Shown: positions 45,248-54,790, counted from the stretch's first letter. The stretch: 64,000 nt of DNA from Clostridia bacterium (GCA_017625095.1 JAGALQ010000025.1:73086-137085), one strand, 5' to 3'. A program made the numbers and translations. Notes: a model not told the origin generated them from the sequence alone.

Positions 45248-46216
45248 TTACTTTCTTTTGTTTCTTGCGGAAATAATATTTTCCGCAATGCCGATAAGCT
45301 CATCATCTGTTTTAGTCATACCGTATTCCTCGGCTGATGCGACAAGCATATCTGTCAGCATTTCACCGCGCAAGTCTTCTATGTACTTGGTGCGATAAGT
45401 GCTGTAATAGTTGTCATCGCCCTTCTTGGCATCCGAACGCACGACAAGGAATATATATTCATCTGTTTCTATAACGGCAGGCTTGTCGTACTCCAACTCT
45501 GCAACTTTCGCAAGAAAACCTTCCGGATAAGCGGAATTTGAAACCGCGATATACGTTGTTTCAACATCAACGCCGTCGTTTATATCCGCAAAAGTTTCGC
45601 CTGATTCAAGCTTGGAACACTTTTCCTCAAAATCATTTCTTATTGCAAGAATCTCATCTTCGGTCAAAAGAACAGTTTCTCCGTTTTCATCAATCGTGGT
45701 AAAGTAGCCGTTTATCGCCTTGAATTGAACATAGGAGCGATCAAAGTAGTATTCAATTTCATCTTCGGTAACCTCATACTCGCTTCCTTCACCAAAATAG
45801 TAGAGCAAAAGCTGCGTACGGTACTCGTTAACCTCATAAATTTTTGCAACGGTCTGTTTGCTTATTCCGATATCGCTGTAGTAGCCGCCGTAAAGCATCC
45901 ATTCATCCTCAGTGCTTGTTGCAATACGCTTTCTTGCATCGGTATCCAGAGAAAGCTGAAGCGCATTAAACTGAGTTGTAGCAGAAACATATTCACAACA
46001 CTTGTTAACTGCACGGGCTATCATTTCATCCTTTGCCAGAAGATTGCCGCCGCTGCTTTCAACATCGCCGTAAACCTGACTGAAAAAATAGGAAAAGACC
46101 TCGCTGTCAAGCTGTGCTTCACCAATTGTAAGCACGGTTTTTTTCGAAGCTGAGCACGAGCAGAGTACACCAAAGCATACCGCAACGCAAAGTATAAGGC
46201 TGATTACTTTTTTCAT
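45248..46216 (-). CDS. Lipoprotein of unknown function (possible SurA/PrsA-N-like chaperone domain)
   Basis: MKKVISLILCVAVCFGVLCSC lipobox-like signal; acidic soluble domain. The chaperone resemblance is a weak impression only. Confidence 0.55.
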   Translation of the reverse strand: MKKVISLILCVAVCFGVLCSCSASKKTVLTIGEAQLDSEVFSYFFSQVYGDVESSGGNLLAKDEMIARAVNKCCEYVSATTQFNALQLSLDTDARKRIATSTEDEWMLYGGYYSDIGISKQTVAKIYEVNEYRTQLLLYYFGEGSEYEVTEDEIEYYFDRSYVQFKAINGYFTTIDENGETVLLTEDEILAIRNDFEEKCSKLESGETFADINDGVDVETTYIAVSNSAYPEGFLAKVAELEYDKPAVIETDEYIFLVVRSDAKKGDDNYYSTYRTKYIEDLRGEMLTDMLVASAEEYGMTKTDDELIGIAENIISARNKRK

Positions 46217-46237
46217 TGAAATTCTTCCTTGAATCAA

Positions 46238-46720
46238 TTATTCGTCACTTTCGAGTTTTTCCATCTCTTTAATGCCTTCTTTATTTGTATACATATTGTT
46301 TCTGTAAACGAAGAAACGGCAGAAGAGATACTCCGTGACAAGGTTAAGTATCATTGTAAGCGCAAGAACTATGTATTCGTTCCACGATGCAATTGCAGGA
46401 ACAGTTGCCTTAAGCCAGGTATCAAGTGCCTCACCGCCCCAGGTTGAAAGAGGGGTGAAGACAAGATAGAATCCTGCAACCTTGAGCATTGCAACAGGAA
46501 CGTTTGCGGCTGATTTGAAAGTAAATTTGCGATTGACCGTGAAGTTAAACAGCACGGAAAGCACAAGCGCAGGCAGATAAGCCAGCCAATAATCAAGGTG
46601 TAAAACTTCATTCAGAACAGTAAACGTTACCGTCTGAATAACACCTGCGCCCATTGAAAACGCTGCAAATTTAAGAGTCTGAACAAGAGTCTGCTTTTTT
46701 GTGATTTTCTGCTGAGCCAT
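46238..46720 (-). CDS. GtrA-family membrane protein
   Basis: 160 aa, 4 TM helices, with FAAFSMGAGVIQTVTF...FNFTVNRKFTFKS typical of GtrA-like proteins. Confidence 0.8.
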   Translation of the reverse strand: MAQQKITKKQTLVQTLKFAAFSMGAGVIQTVTFTVLNEVLHLDYWLAYLPALVLSVLFNFTVNRKFTFKSAANVPVAMLKVAGFYLVFTPLSTWGGEALDTWLKATVPAIASWNEYIVLALTMILNLVTEYLFCRFFVYRNNMYTNKEGIKEMEKLESDE

Positions 46721-46803
46721 TCAGTTCACCCTTTGCTTTTAAAATACACCACCTGCGAAGAGAAAAAATCCCTCCGCAGGTATGAGTGTCAAGTCAATTA
46801 TAA

Positions 46804-48297
46804 TCAGTCGTTACCCTTTTCTTCAGCTGCCTTGATAACACTGTCGGGCAAAGCCTCACCGTGCTTGACAACGAAAATGCAGAGCAGGCTGAGAACGAAC
46901 ATAATGGGGCTGTAGTAGAACAGGGACATATATGAGCCTGAAAGCATACGGACAACACCGTAAACGATGGGAGAAGCAATCTGTGCAGAGAAGGTAGCAG
47001 TATAGTAATAGCCTGTGAATGTACCGACCTTATCGTTACCGCCGATTTCAAGAACAAGGGGAAGAGTGTTGACGGTGATGAACATATTGGCAAAACCGCC
47101 GAGAACAAGAACAACCCATACAATCCAGTCTGTACGTGTTACGAGATAGAGAACGAAAGCTGCCATAAATACGGCAAGACCGATAAGAATGGTCTTCTTT
47201 CTGCCGATTTTCTTACCAAGCCAGCCTGCGGGGATTGCAGCAATAGCAGAGCAGACAGCAAAAACAGTTGTCATAATTGTAGCCTCTGCAGTTGTCTTGC
47301 CGAGAACTTCGGCAGCAAACAGAGCAAAGAATGTTGTAATTGCGTTTGTGCCGCAGAAGAGGAAGAACAGACCTGCAAGCATAAAGATGAGGCTTCTTCT
47401 CTCTGCACCGGAAAGCTTCTGAGCCTTTCTGGCTGCCTTTTCTGCTGCCTTTGCCTCTTTCTCTGCCTTTGCTCTTGCAGCAGCATCTGCAGCTCTGTTC
47501 TGGGCAGCGACAACATCAAGCTTGCTTGAGGGCTCCTTGACAAAGAAGAGAATAACCAGCATACCGATAACCATAACGATTGAACCGGTAAGGAAAACAT
47601 AGGGGAAAGCAATCTGCTCATTGTCTGCAGTAATTGCAACACCTGTCAGGAGCTTATAGATAACACCGACGATAGTGCCTGCAAACATACCAATAGCCGA
47701 ACCTACGCCACCCATAAGGTTGATGATGGCGTTACCCTCACTGCGCATTGCAGGGGGAGTAAGTGCCGGCATAAGCGCAACAACCGGTGCGCGCCAGAGT
47801 GACATAGAGAATACGAAGAGGATAATGAAAAGCATTGTGAGCGGAAGTGAATTGCTTAGAGCAACCCACGGAATAACGCCAAAAAGGAAGGCGGAAACGG
47901 GAGCACCGAAAACGATAAAGGGGCGGCGCTTGCCGAGCTTTGAGTGACAGTTATCGGACAGCTTACCGAAGGTCGGCTGGAAGATAACGCCGAAAATATT
48001 GTCGAATGTCATTATAATACCGATAAAAAGAGGAACAAGAGTGATGCCGCCGCCTGCAAGGTTGACATCCTCACCCTGTGCCTCAGCAAACTTCGCAAGG
48101 AAGGGGAAAGCTTCGTTGAGCTTTGCGCTCCATGCGGTGATTGTTGCCGATTCGGTGAGAAGACGGTTGAGAATCTTTGTGATGTAGGGATCATAGATTG
48201 CCCAGGCTATGGAGGTTGCCATAAAGCCGAAGCCTGTGAGGATTGTACGCTTACGGCTGAATTTACCGCCGGGCGCACAGAAAAAATCGTTTGCCAT
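46804..48297 (-). CDS. MFS transporter of the GPH/SLC45-like type with a K/A/E-rich central loop
   Basis: GKLSDNCHSKLGKRRPFIVFG loop motif and 12 predicted TM helices. The central loop is AAQNRAADAAARAKAEKEAKAAEKAARKAQK. Confidence 0.75.
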   Translation of the reverse strand: MANDFFCAPGGKFSRKRTILTGFGFMATSIAWAIYDPYITKILNRLLTESATITAWSAKLNEAFPFLAKFAEAQGEDVNLAGGGITLVPLFIGIIMTFDNIFGVIFQPTFGKLSDNCHSKLGKRRPFIVFGAPVSAFLFGVIPWVALSNSLPLTMLFIILFVFSMSLWRAPVVALMPALTPPAMRSEGNAIINLMGGVGSAIGMFAGTIVGVIYKLLTGVAITADNEQIAFPYVFLTGSIVMVIGMLVILFFVKEPSSKLDVVAAQNRAADAAARAKAEKEAKAAEKAARKAQKLSGAERRSLIFMLAGLFFLFCGTNAITTFFALFAAEVLGKTTAEATIMTTVFAVCSAIAAIPAGWLGKKIGRKKTILIGLAVFMAAFVLYLVTRTDWIVWVVLVLGGFANMFITVNTLPLVLEIGGNDKVGTFTGYYYTATFSAQIASPIVYGVVRMLSGSYMSLFYYSPIMFVLSLLCIFVVKHGEALPDSVIKAAEEKGND

Positions 48298-48342
48298 AGT
48301 TTTTTCTCCTTTTTTATTTTTGGGTTGCCTTATAAACTTAGT

Positions 48343-49269
48343 TTAATTAAGGAAGCCTTCGATAATGACCTCCTCCGCCTCCTCGGGTGTCATACCGAGT
48401 GTGCAGAGCTTTGTAAGCTGGTCGTTATTTATCTTACCGATAGCCGCCTCGTGGACTATCTGGGCATCCTCGTGGTTAGCCGCAATTTCGGGAATCGAGC
48501 GCACCTTTGCACTGTCCATAATAATCGTGTCACACTGTACGTGAGCACGGCAGCGGCAGTTACCGACTGCTCTGGGGTAGAATATCTGCTCGGAGGTATC
48601 TTTTGCAACGGAGCGTGAAATAATCTGAGCTGATGAATCCTCGCCGTCAAGGTCGATTTCCATATCGCTTCTTGCATACTGTTTGCCGTGTGTCATAAGA
48701 CGCTCGGTTATAATCAGCTTTGCATTTGCTTTGAGGTGAGCAATACTCTTACGCTCGGTTGAATCAACACCTTTTATCTGCACCGTTTCCATTTCACATT
48801 CGGCGCCTTCGTCCATATAGACCTCTGTCACGGGGTCGAGCACTCTTGTGCCGTTGCCGTCACCCTCGCCGTAATGCTTCTCGACATAGGTAACCTTTGC
48901 GTTTTTGCCGATATGGAAGCGGTGAATACCGTTGTGCCTGCTGTCGCAGTCGCCATCGTTATGGATACCGCAGCCTGCAATAATCTGCACCTCAGCACCC
49001 TCACCGATAAAGAAATCGTTATAAACCGTGTCGTTCACACCGGATTCGGTGACGATAACGGGAATATGCACCTTGTCAGCCTTTGAAAAAGGTTTGACAA
49101 TAATATCAATGCCGTTTTTATCCTTTTTCGGCTCAATCGTAACCGTTTCGGTTGATGAGCGTGCGAAGCCTGAACCGTTGACACGGATATTGTATGCACC
49201 GATGTCGGGCACACCGTCGATATCCGCAATTGAGAAGAGGAGATTTTTCTTAACAGAATCAAACATCAT
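48343..49269 (-). CDS. SufB/SufD-family Fe-S cluster assembly protein
   Basis: A beta-helix-like SufBD pattern and translational overlap (ATGA) with the upstream SufC-like ATPase. Confidence 0.7.
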   Translation of the reverse strand: MMFDSVKKNLLFSIADIDGVPDIGAYNIRVNGSGFARSSTETVTIEPKKDKNGIDIIVKPFSKADKVHIPVIVTESGVNDTVYNDFFIGEGAEVQIIAGCGIHNDGDCDSRHNGIHRFHIGKNAKVTYVEKHYGEGDGNGTRVLDPVTEVYMDEGAECEMETVQIKGVDSTERKSIAHLKANAKLIITERLMTHGKQYARSDMEIDLDGEDSSAQIISRSVAKDTSEQIFYPRAVGNCRCRAHVQCDTIIMDSAKVRSIPEIAANHEDAQIVHEAAIGKINNDQLTKLCTLGMTPEEAEEVIIEGFLN

Positions 49270-49994
49270 GCATTACCTCCTCTGAAGCCGCAGTTTTCGC
49301 CAAGCTCATTCATAAGCTTCGGGAATATTTCATCCTTCGTGCCGTAGCTCTTGAGCTTACCTCCCGCAACAACGGCAATATTGTCTGCAAGCTGCATTAT
49401 TCTCTCCTGATGAGAGATTATGATAACGCTGTTGTGTCTGCGTCTGCTCATTGTCTTGAAGGTTTCAACGAGCATCGAGAAGCTCCACAGGTCAATACCT
49501 GCCTCAGGCTCATCAAAAATTGCAAGTTTCAGCTCGCGTGCCATAAGCGAAGCGATTTCAATTCGTTTAACCTCACCGCCGGAAAGCGACGCATCAATCT
49601 CGCGGTTGAGATAATCCTTTGAGCACAGACCTACGTTTGTAAGGTAAGCGCAGCACTCATCCTCGGGAAGCTCAGCACCGTGAGCAAGGCTGAGAAGCCG
49701 CCTTACGGTAAGGCCCTTGAACCTTGGAGGCTGCTGAAAAGCGTAGCCGACACCGACGCGTGCACGCTCCGTAACAGAGAGGTTTGTGATATCTTCGCCG
49801 TCGATAAATATCTGACCGCCTGTCGGCTGCTCGATACCCATAATAAGCCTTGCAAGCGTTGACTTGCCGCCGCCGTTAGGTCCTGTAATTACAAGAAACT
49901 CACCGTCGTTGACCGTAAGTGAGATATCGTTTATGATTTCAAGTCCGCCCTTTCCGTTTTCAACGGTAAAGGAAACGTTTCTGAGTTCTAACAT
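49266..49994 (-). CDS. sufC: SufC-like Fe-S cluster assembly ABC ATPase
   Basis: Walker A GPNGGGKST, signature LSGGEVKR, Walker B LAIFDEPEAGID. Confidence 0.8.
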   Translation of the reverse strand: MLELRNVSFTVENGKGGLEIINDISLTVNDGEFLVITGPNGGGKSTLARLIMGIEQPTGGQIFIDGEDITNLSVTERARVGVGYAFQQPPRFKGLTVRRLLSLAHGAELPEDECCAYLTNVGLCSKDYLNREIDASLSGGEVKRIEIASLMARELKLAIFDEPEAGIDLWSFSMLVETFKTMSRRRHNSVIIISHQERIMQLADNIAVVAGGKLKSYGTKDEIFPKLMNELGENCGFRGGNA

Positions 49995-50265
49995 TGAGTT
50001 TTGCCTTTCTTGACTTAAAAATAATTAAATGCTACCATCCTGCATTTTATCAAAACAGTAAAGAATAGTCAACTGAATAAATGTTAATAAATTCAAATAC
50101 AGTAAAAATAACCAATAATTCAGTTATAATTTCTGTCATAGTGCCGTTGTTTTAATTTTTCGAATGTGATATTATAAATAATACCTTTATTGTGTATTAT
50201 TAGTTGAAGATTTTGAATTATTTCAACTTTAATGAAACACAAAACGAAAAACGGAGGAATTACAC

Positions 50266-52182
50266 ATGAAGTCTCTCAGAAAAATTCTCGCCGTCCTTCT
50301 CAGCCTTGTAATGGTGTTCTCTGCTGTTGCAGTTGCTACCGTTTCCGGCGCCAAGACGGTTGACGAAGAAGAAAAAGACAACACTTACATCCCGAGCACA
50401 ATCACCTGCAACCGCAGATTCGGTGAACCTATCTACGTAAGAATCGACGGTGATGCTTACAATCTCATCAACCCCATTGATGCGATCAGAGCTATGGCAA
50501 AGGCTGACACAGAGCAGGAGAAGAAGGTAATCGGATTTACCTACCTTGAGCTTGTTTTTATGGACATTCTCAATCTCATTGCCCGTCCAGCTCCCATTGC
50601 AAACACAGGTTTCACAGATGCAGATAAGTATGACAGCCCCAACTTTATGGCAGGTCACGAAACATTCATCACATCCAACCCCGAAGGTCAGTGGAGCCTC
50701 GGCTACGACCAGACAAGCCTTGTTCCCGACGATATCCTCGACAGACCTTACTATCTCGGCGGTTACCTTCTCCAGAATTTCCCCTCCAACACTGTTGAAG
50801 AAGTTCTTGACGATATGAACGTTTACACAGTCGTTATGGATGACGGTTCAGGCAGAGGCAAGGCTGCATTCTGCACAATCGAGTGCATCGGTATCTCCAA
50901 CAAGGATATCCGCGACATCCGCGCTCTCCTTGCAGATTTTGCAAAAGAGAACAACATTGTTTCCATCAACGTTACAGCTACACACTGCCATAGTGAAATC
51001 GACACTATGGGTCTGTGGAATCCCTTCTTCCTCAAGATGGCAAACAACGCACTTGCAGCACTCACAGGTCAGCTTATCTTCAAGACCAAGTCAGGTCCTG
51101 ATGAGGCATTTATGAACCTGCTCAAGGAGCGCACCGCACAGTCCGTAAAGAACGCTGTTAAGGACATGAAAGAGGGCGACCTCCTCTTCAGCCAGAAGGA
51201 TTGCAAGGAGTATTTCTTCGATGACCGTGATCCCTCCGGTTACGACGGCAATATGTATGTATTCCGCTTTGATCCCTATGCAGAAGGCGCTGCAGAAACA
51301 TACATCGTAAACGAGCCTGCTCACCCCTATATCACAGGTCTTAAGACCGATGACAGCTCAGGCAAGCAGCTCTCCGGTGACTACACCGCAGCTATGAACC
51401 AGACTCTTTCCAAGTACGGCTACAACTTTATGCCCATCATCGGTGCAACCCTCGGCATCTACTCCGACAGAGGTCCGACAAACGATGATGTTGATATGTC
51501 AGCCCGTTGGATGCAGGCAGACCGTTACGGCAAGGAGCTTGCATACATCACAATGAGCATGAACAAGACACTTGACGAAGTCCTTGAAAGCGACTACGTA
51601 AAGAACAACGAAAAGCTCCAGGAAGAAATCAAAAACGGCGGCGAATACTACTCAATCTGGTATGAAGATTGGGAGCCTGTCGAGGAAACAAAGGTTGATC
51701 CCATCCTCAACGTTTCTCATAAGGAAGTTATCATCCGCGTTGAAAACCCCGTTCTTTTGCTTGTCGGTAAGCTCGGCCTTGTCAACCACAAGATCCTTGT
51801 CAACGACGACGGCACATTCAGCACACCCACAGAGGTTGGTTATGCTGAATTCGGCAAAAACATCAAGGTTGCAATGATGCCCGGCGAAATCAGCCCCGAG
51901 CTCATCTACGGCGGTGTAACACTTGACGCTGAGAACGCATTCTCCGGCACAGACTTCAACGGCAAGTCCTGCGCTGAGACACTTGACCTTGCAGAAGATG
52001 ACGTACTTCTTTGCTTCGGTCTTTGCAACGACGAAATCGGTTACATCCTCAACGATAACGATTACTGCATGATCTTCTTTGATGATATGCAGCCTTTCGG
52101 TGACCACTATCAGGAAACAATCGCATTCAGCCGCAACTCAGGCTCACTTCTTATGAAGGGCTTCGAGGAGCTTGTCGGTTAA
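50266..52182 (+). CDS. Secreted protein, possibly a neutral/alkaline-ceramidase-like hydrolase domain
   Basis: Signal peptide. INVTATHCHSEIDTMGLW resembles the ceramidase-family THxHS motif. Weak assignment from motif memory. Confidence 0.4.
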   Translation: MKSLRKILAVLLSLVMVFSAVAVATVSGAKTVDEEEKDNTYIPSTITCNRRFGEPIYVRIDGDAYNLINPIDAIRAMAKADTEQEKKVIGFTYLELVFMDILNLIARPAPIANTGFTDADKYDSPNFMAGHETFITSNPEGQWSLGYDQTSLVPDDILDRPYYLGGYLLQNFPSNTVEEVLDDMNVYTVVMDDGSGRGKAAFCTIECIGISNKDIRDIRALLADFAKENNIVSINVTATHCHSEIDTMGLWNPFFLKMANNALAALTGQLIFKTKSGPDEAFMNLLKERTAQSVKNAVKDMKEGDLLFSQKDCKEYFFDDRDPSGYDGNMYVFRFDPYAEGAAETYIVNEPAHPYITGLKTDDSSGKQLSGDYTAAMNQTLSKYGYNFMPIIGATLGIYSDRGPTNDDVDMSARWMQADRYGKELAYITMSMNKTLDEVLESDYVKNNEKLQEEIKNGGEYYSIWYEDWEPVEETKVDPILNVSHKEVIIRVENPVLLLVGKLGLVNHKILVNDDGTFSTPTEVGYAEFGKNIKVAMMPGEISPELIYGGVTLDAENAFSGTDFNGKSCAETLDLAEDDVLLCFGLCNDEIGYILNDNDYCMIFFDDMQPFGDHYQETIAFSRNSGSLLMKGFEELVG

Positions 52183-52272
52183 GACAACACCCATAAACAT
52201 GCAGGGCAGCCAATGGTGCGTACTCTGAAGAACAGTTGTTTAATTCAATAAAGCACGTTAACTGCCGACAGG

Positions 52273-52312
52273 AAAAGGACAGGGAACTTTTTATGTTCTC
52301 TGTCCTTTTTTC
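52273..52312 (+). terminator. Intrinsic terminator downstream of 50266-52182
   Basis: Stem AAAAGGACAGGGAAC / GTTCTCTGTCCTTTT (one mismatch), followed by a T-run. Confidence 0.65.
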
Positions 52313-52344
52313 TTGACAAGCACTGCATTTGTGGACACAGATGC

Positions 52345-52565
52345 TATTTGTCGATATGCTTCGCTACACTCAGCTCGATATATTTCGCTCGTTATATGAG
52401 CTCGATTCGGTATAACCTCCCTTGCGGTCGGTTTCGATATGATATAAATCCCTCGTTTGCGAAGCAAACATATCGAGCGTATCATATCGAGTTGCGACAG
52501 CAACATATCGAAAATCCCGCAAGGGATTCATATCGATGCGTAGTGTCCTTAAGGGCACTACGCTA
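52345..52565. repeat. Family A intergenic repeat cluster, locus 2
   Basis: Left arm has TCGATAT-type motifs at 52351, 52375 and 52433, plus a degenerate TCGATTCGGTATA copy near 52401. Right arm has four exact ATATCGA (52470, 52485, 52505, 52530). These are separated by the hairpins GTTGC-gaca-GCAAC, AAATCCC-gcaa-GGGATT and TGCGTAGTGTCC-ttaa-GGGCACTACGC. Confidence 0.7.
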
Positions 52566-52709
52566 AAGCTGCCCTGCTTTTTTTGCGCAAATTGTGTTCT
52601 GCTTGTTACAAACAAGTAGAAATATTATAAAAATATAAAAAACATTTGAAATATCGCTTAATGCGTGATATTATATACGATGTATTATTATCAAGGGAGG
52701 TTTTGTTTC

Positions 52710-54107
52710 TTGGACGATAACAAGATAAAGGATATACCCGAAAACGAAGACTTGTCCGAATCCGTTCAGGATGAAGCAAACATCACAGAACAAGACGAAG
52801 GTGTTCTTATAACAGCGCCGGAGGATAACGACATCGATTCTTCCGAAGAAAACAAGGAAGAGCTTTGCATTCTCTGCGAAAAGAATGCACCCGACAAAAG
52901 CTACGGTGAAGACTATGACCTTTGCACAGAATGCCGTCAGAATCTTATCCGCAGCCGTTTCAGATTCAAGGGCATATTGGCACTTATCGCAGTTCTCGGC
53001 TGCGTTATGTGGTCATGCACGTTCCTTGCCAATCAAGGCACAAGCATCGAAGCAATCAATGAAGGATATAAGTACCTTAAAGAAAGCAAGCTCAACAGTG
53101 CACTTCAGAGCTTCGGCACCGTATCCGCTATGGGCTGGAAAACCGCAAGAAACCTTGTTGACGTTTGTACCGATCTGGGCAGCATTGATAATGCAAACTA
53201 CCTGCTGACATCATACTTTTACGATGAAAATGCCGTTGATGAAAACGGACAGCCTGTTACACTTTTATGGATAGAAAAAATCGGTAAGTCTGACATCAAT
53301 TCTTCCGCAAATAAAGATATCAAGCAGACATACGAATTTATTAACCGTATCAACGGCTATGCCAACAAATATTCCGGTCTTTTCTATCAGTACTATGAAC
53401 AGCTTCAATACGGCGTAATAACGCCGAGCGATATCCCTTATGACGATATCATCAAACAGTACAACGAGATGGAAGCAAAGGCTGAAACGAACGAGGAAAA
53501 GGGCGTTATCACCTACTATAAGCTTGCCATTTCCTCAATCTGCAACGCAGATACAAAAATCCAGTATGACTACTGCATAAAGCTTTCAGAATTGCTTCCT
53601 GAATGTAAATGGATGTACACAGAAAACCTTGTTATGCTTTCAATCAAGATGGGTAAGCATGACGACGCAAAGGCATTGATTGCAGATTTGCGCACCACCA
53701 ACCCTGAAAATGCATATGCTGACCTTTACGAAGGTATCAGCTTCCGTTACCAGGGCAAGTACGATGAAGCTATGAAAATCTTCGAGACAATTATTGCCGA
53801 TGTCGAAAACAACCAAATTCTCGATATTTACTACGAGGCTCTCGTTTGCCAGTTTATGGCAGGTAACTATGAGAAAGCTTACGAATATGCCACATTGTGC
53901 TTTGAAAACCGTGAATATCTGACATATGATATTCTCTATTTCTACGCTATGCTCAGCGAGCAATTAGGTGTTGAGGGAGGTTACGACGCTGCAGCAGATC
54001 TCCTTGCAACAAACAACGAAAAACTCAGCCCGACGGTTGACAAATATATCAAGGGCGAAATCACAGCTGAACAACTCTTCAAGAACGGTGAGGTGGTATT
54101 TGAATGA
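52710..54107 (+). CDS. Membrane-anchored protein with an N-terminal Cys4 zinc ribbon and C-terminal TPR-like repeats
   Basis: CILCEKN...CTECRQN, one TM helix (ILALIAVLGCVMWSCTFLA) and helical-repeat C-terminal sequence. TTG 52710 with an AGGGAGG RBS is preferred over the track start. Confidence 0.6.
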   Translation: MDDNKIKDIPENEDLSESVQDEANITEQDEGVLITAPEDNDIDSSEENKEELCILCEKNAPDKSYGEDYDLCTECRQNLIRSRFRFKGILALIAVLGCVMWSCTFLANQGTSIEAINEGYKYLKESKLNSALQSFGTVSAMGWKTARNLVDVCTDLGSIDNANYLLTSYFYDENAVDENGQPVTLLWIEKIGKSDINSSANKDIKQTYEFINRINGYANKYSGLFYQYYEQLQYGVITPSDIPYDDIIKQYNEMEAKAETNEEKGVITYYKLAISSICNADTKIQYDYCIKLSELLPECKWMYTENLVMLSIKMGKHDDAKALIADLRTTNPENAYADLYEGISFRYQGKYDEAMKIFETIIADVENNQILDIYYEALVCQFMAGNYEKAYEYATLCFENREYLTYDILYFYAMLSEQLGVEGGYDAAADLLATNNEKLSPTVDKYIKGEITAEQLFKNGEVVFE

Positions 54108-54790
54108 CAGTCTTCTACGTATTATCAAAGATTTTAACTTTCCCGGGTGCACTTACAAAGGCTCTTTTTGAGCAGATTATGTGCCGCATATTCAAGTGCC
54201 CCGTCGAGGATAACCGTTACCTCCGCACAGACAAAATGTGCGGCCACATTGAACATGAGGCTATAAACAGCCCCGTAAAAAGCTATCTGTTCTGCTTTAT
54301 TCCCGGCCTGCTCAATTTTCTGCTTGCTTTCACAATCGGTCTGTTCCCGCTTGTGAATATCCTTAATCTCGGCAATTACAGCGGCTTTGTTGTATTCCCG
54401 CAGGAAATGACTCAGACCGTACAGAACCCCGAAATGCTTGAAGCACCCGTAAGAACTCTTGATCTTGCAATTCTCTTCTTCTTTGTCTGGGTTTCGATTT
54501 CTCTTCTCTCTAACCTCTTCCCGATTATTAAGGATGCGGTTATTATGAAGGAGCAGTATAAGAAGCTTCCCGTTGCACTCAAAGTAATCTTCTACCCCGG
54601 CTATATCGGTATGCAGATCGGTGCACGTCTTGAAAAATTCGGTCTCACACTCCTTATTCTTATCGCTCTTACGGCTTTTGCGGTTATTTATCCCGATCTC
54701 TATATTCCGTTCATTTCACAGATCGCAATAATCCCGTCCAAAATAAGTGCGTTTGTCAATAAGATATATCTCGACATCACCTACAGATAA
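54104..54790 (+). CDS. Polytopic membrane protein of unknown function
   Basis: 228 aa, about 5 hydrophobic helices. The ATG overlaps the upstream stop (ATGA), suggesting co-translation with 52710-54107. Confidence 0.6.
   Translation: MTVFYVLSKILTFPGALTKALFEQIMCRIFKCPVEDNRYLRTDKMCGHIEHEAINSPVKSYLFCFIPGLLNFLLAFTIGLFPLVNILNLGNYSGFVVFPQEMTQTVQNPEMLEAPVRTLDLAILFFFVWVSISLLSNLFPIIKDAVIMKEQYKKLPVALKVIFYPGYIGMQIGARLEKFGLTLLILIALTAFAVIYPDLYIPFISQIAIIPSKISAFVNKIYLDITYR

Noticed and set aside
52291-52615. ORFs 52291-52506 (-), 52348-52566 (+) and 52370-52615 (-)
   Set aside because: They are entirely composed of the family A hairpin/heptamer array. There is no RBS, and all three frames are open simply because the repeat lacks stops.
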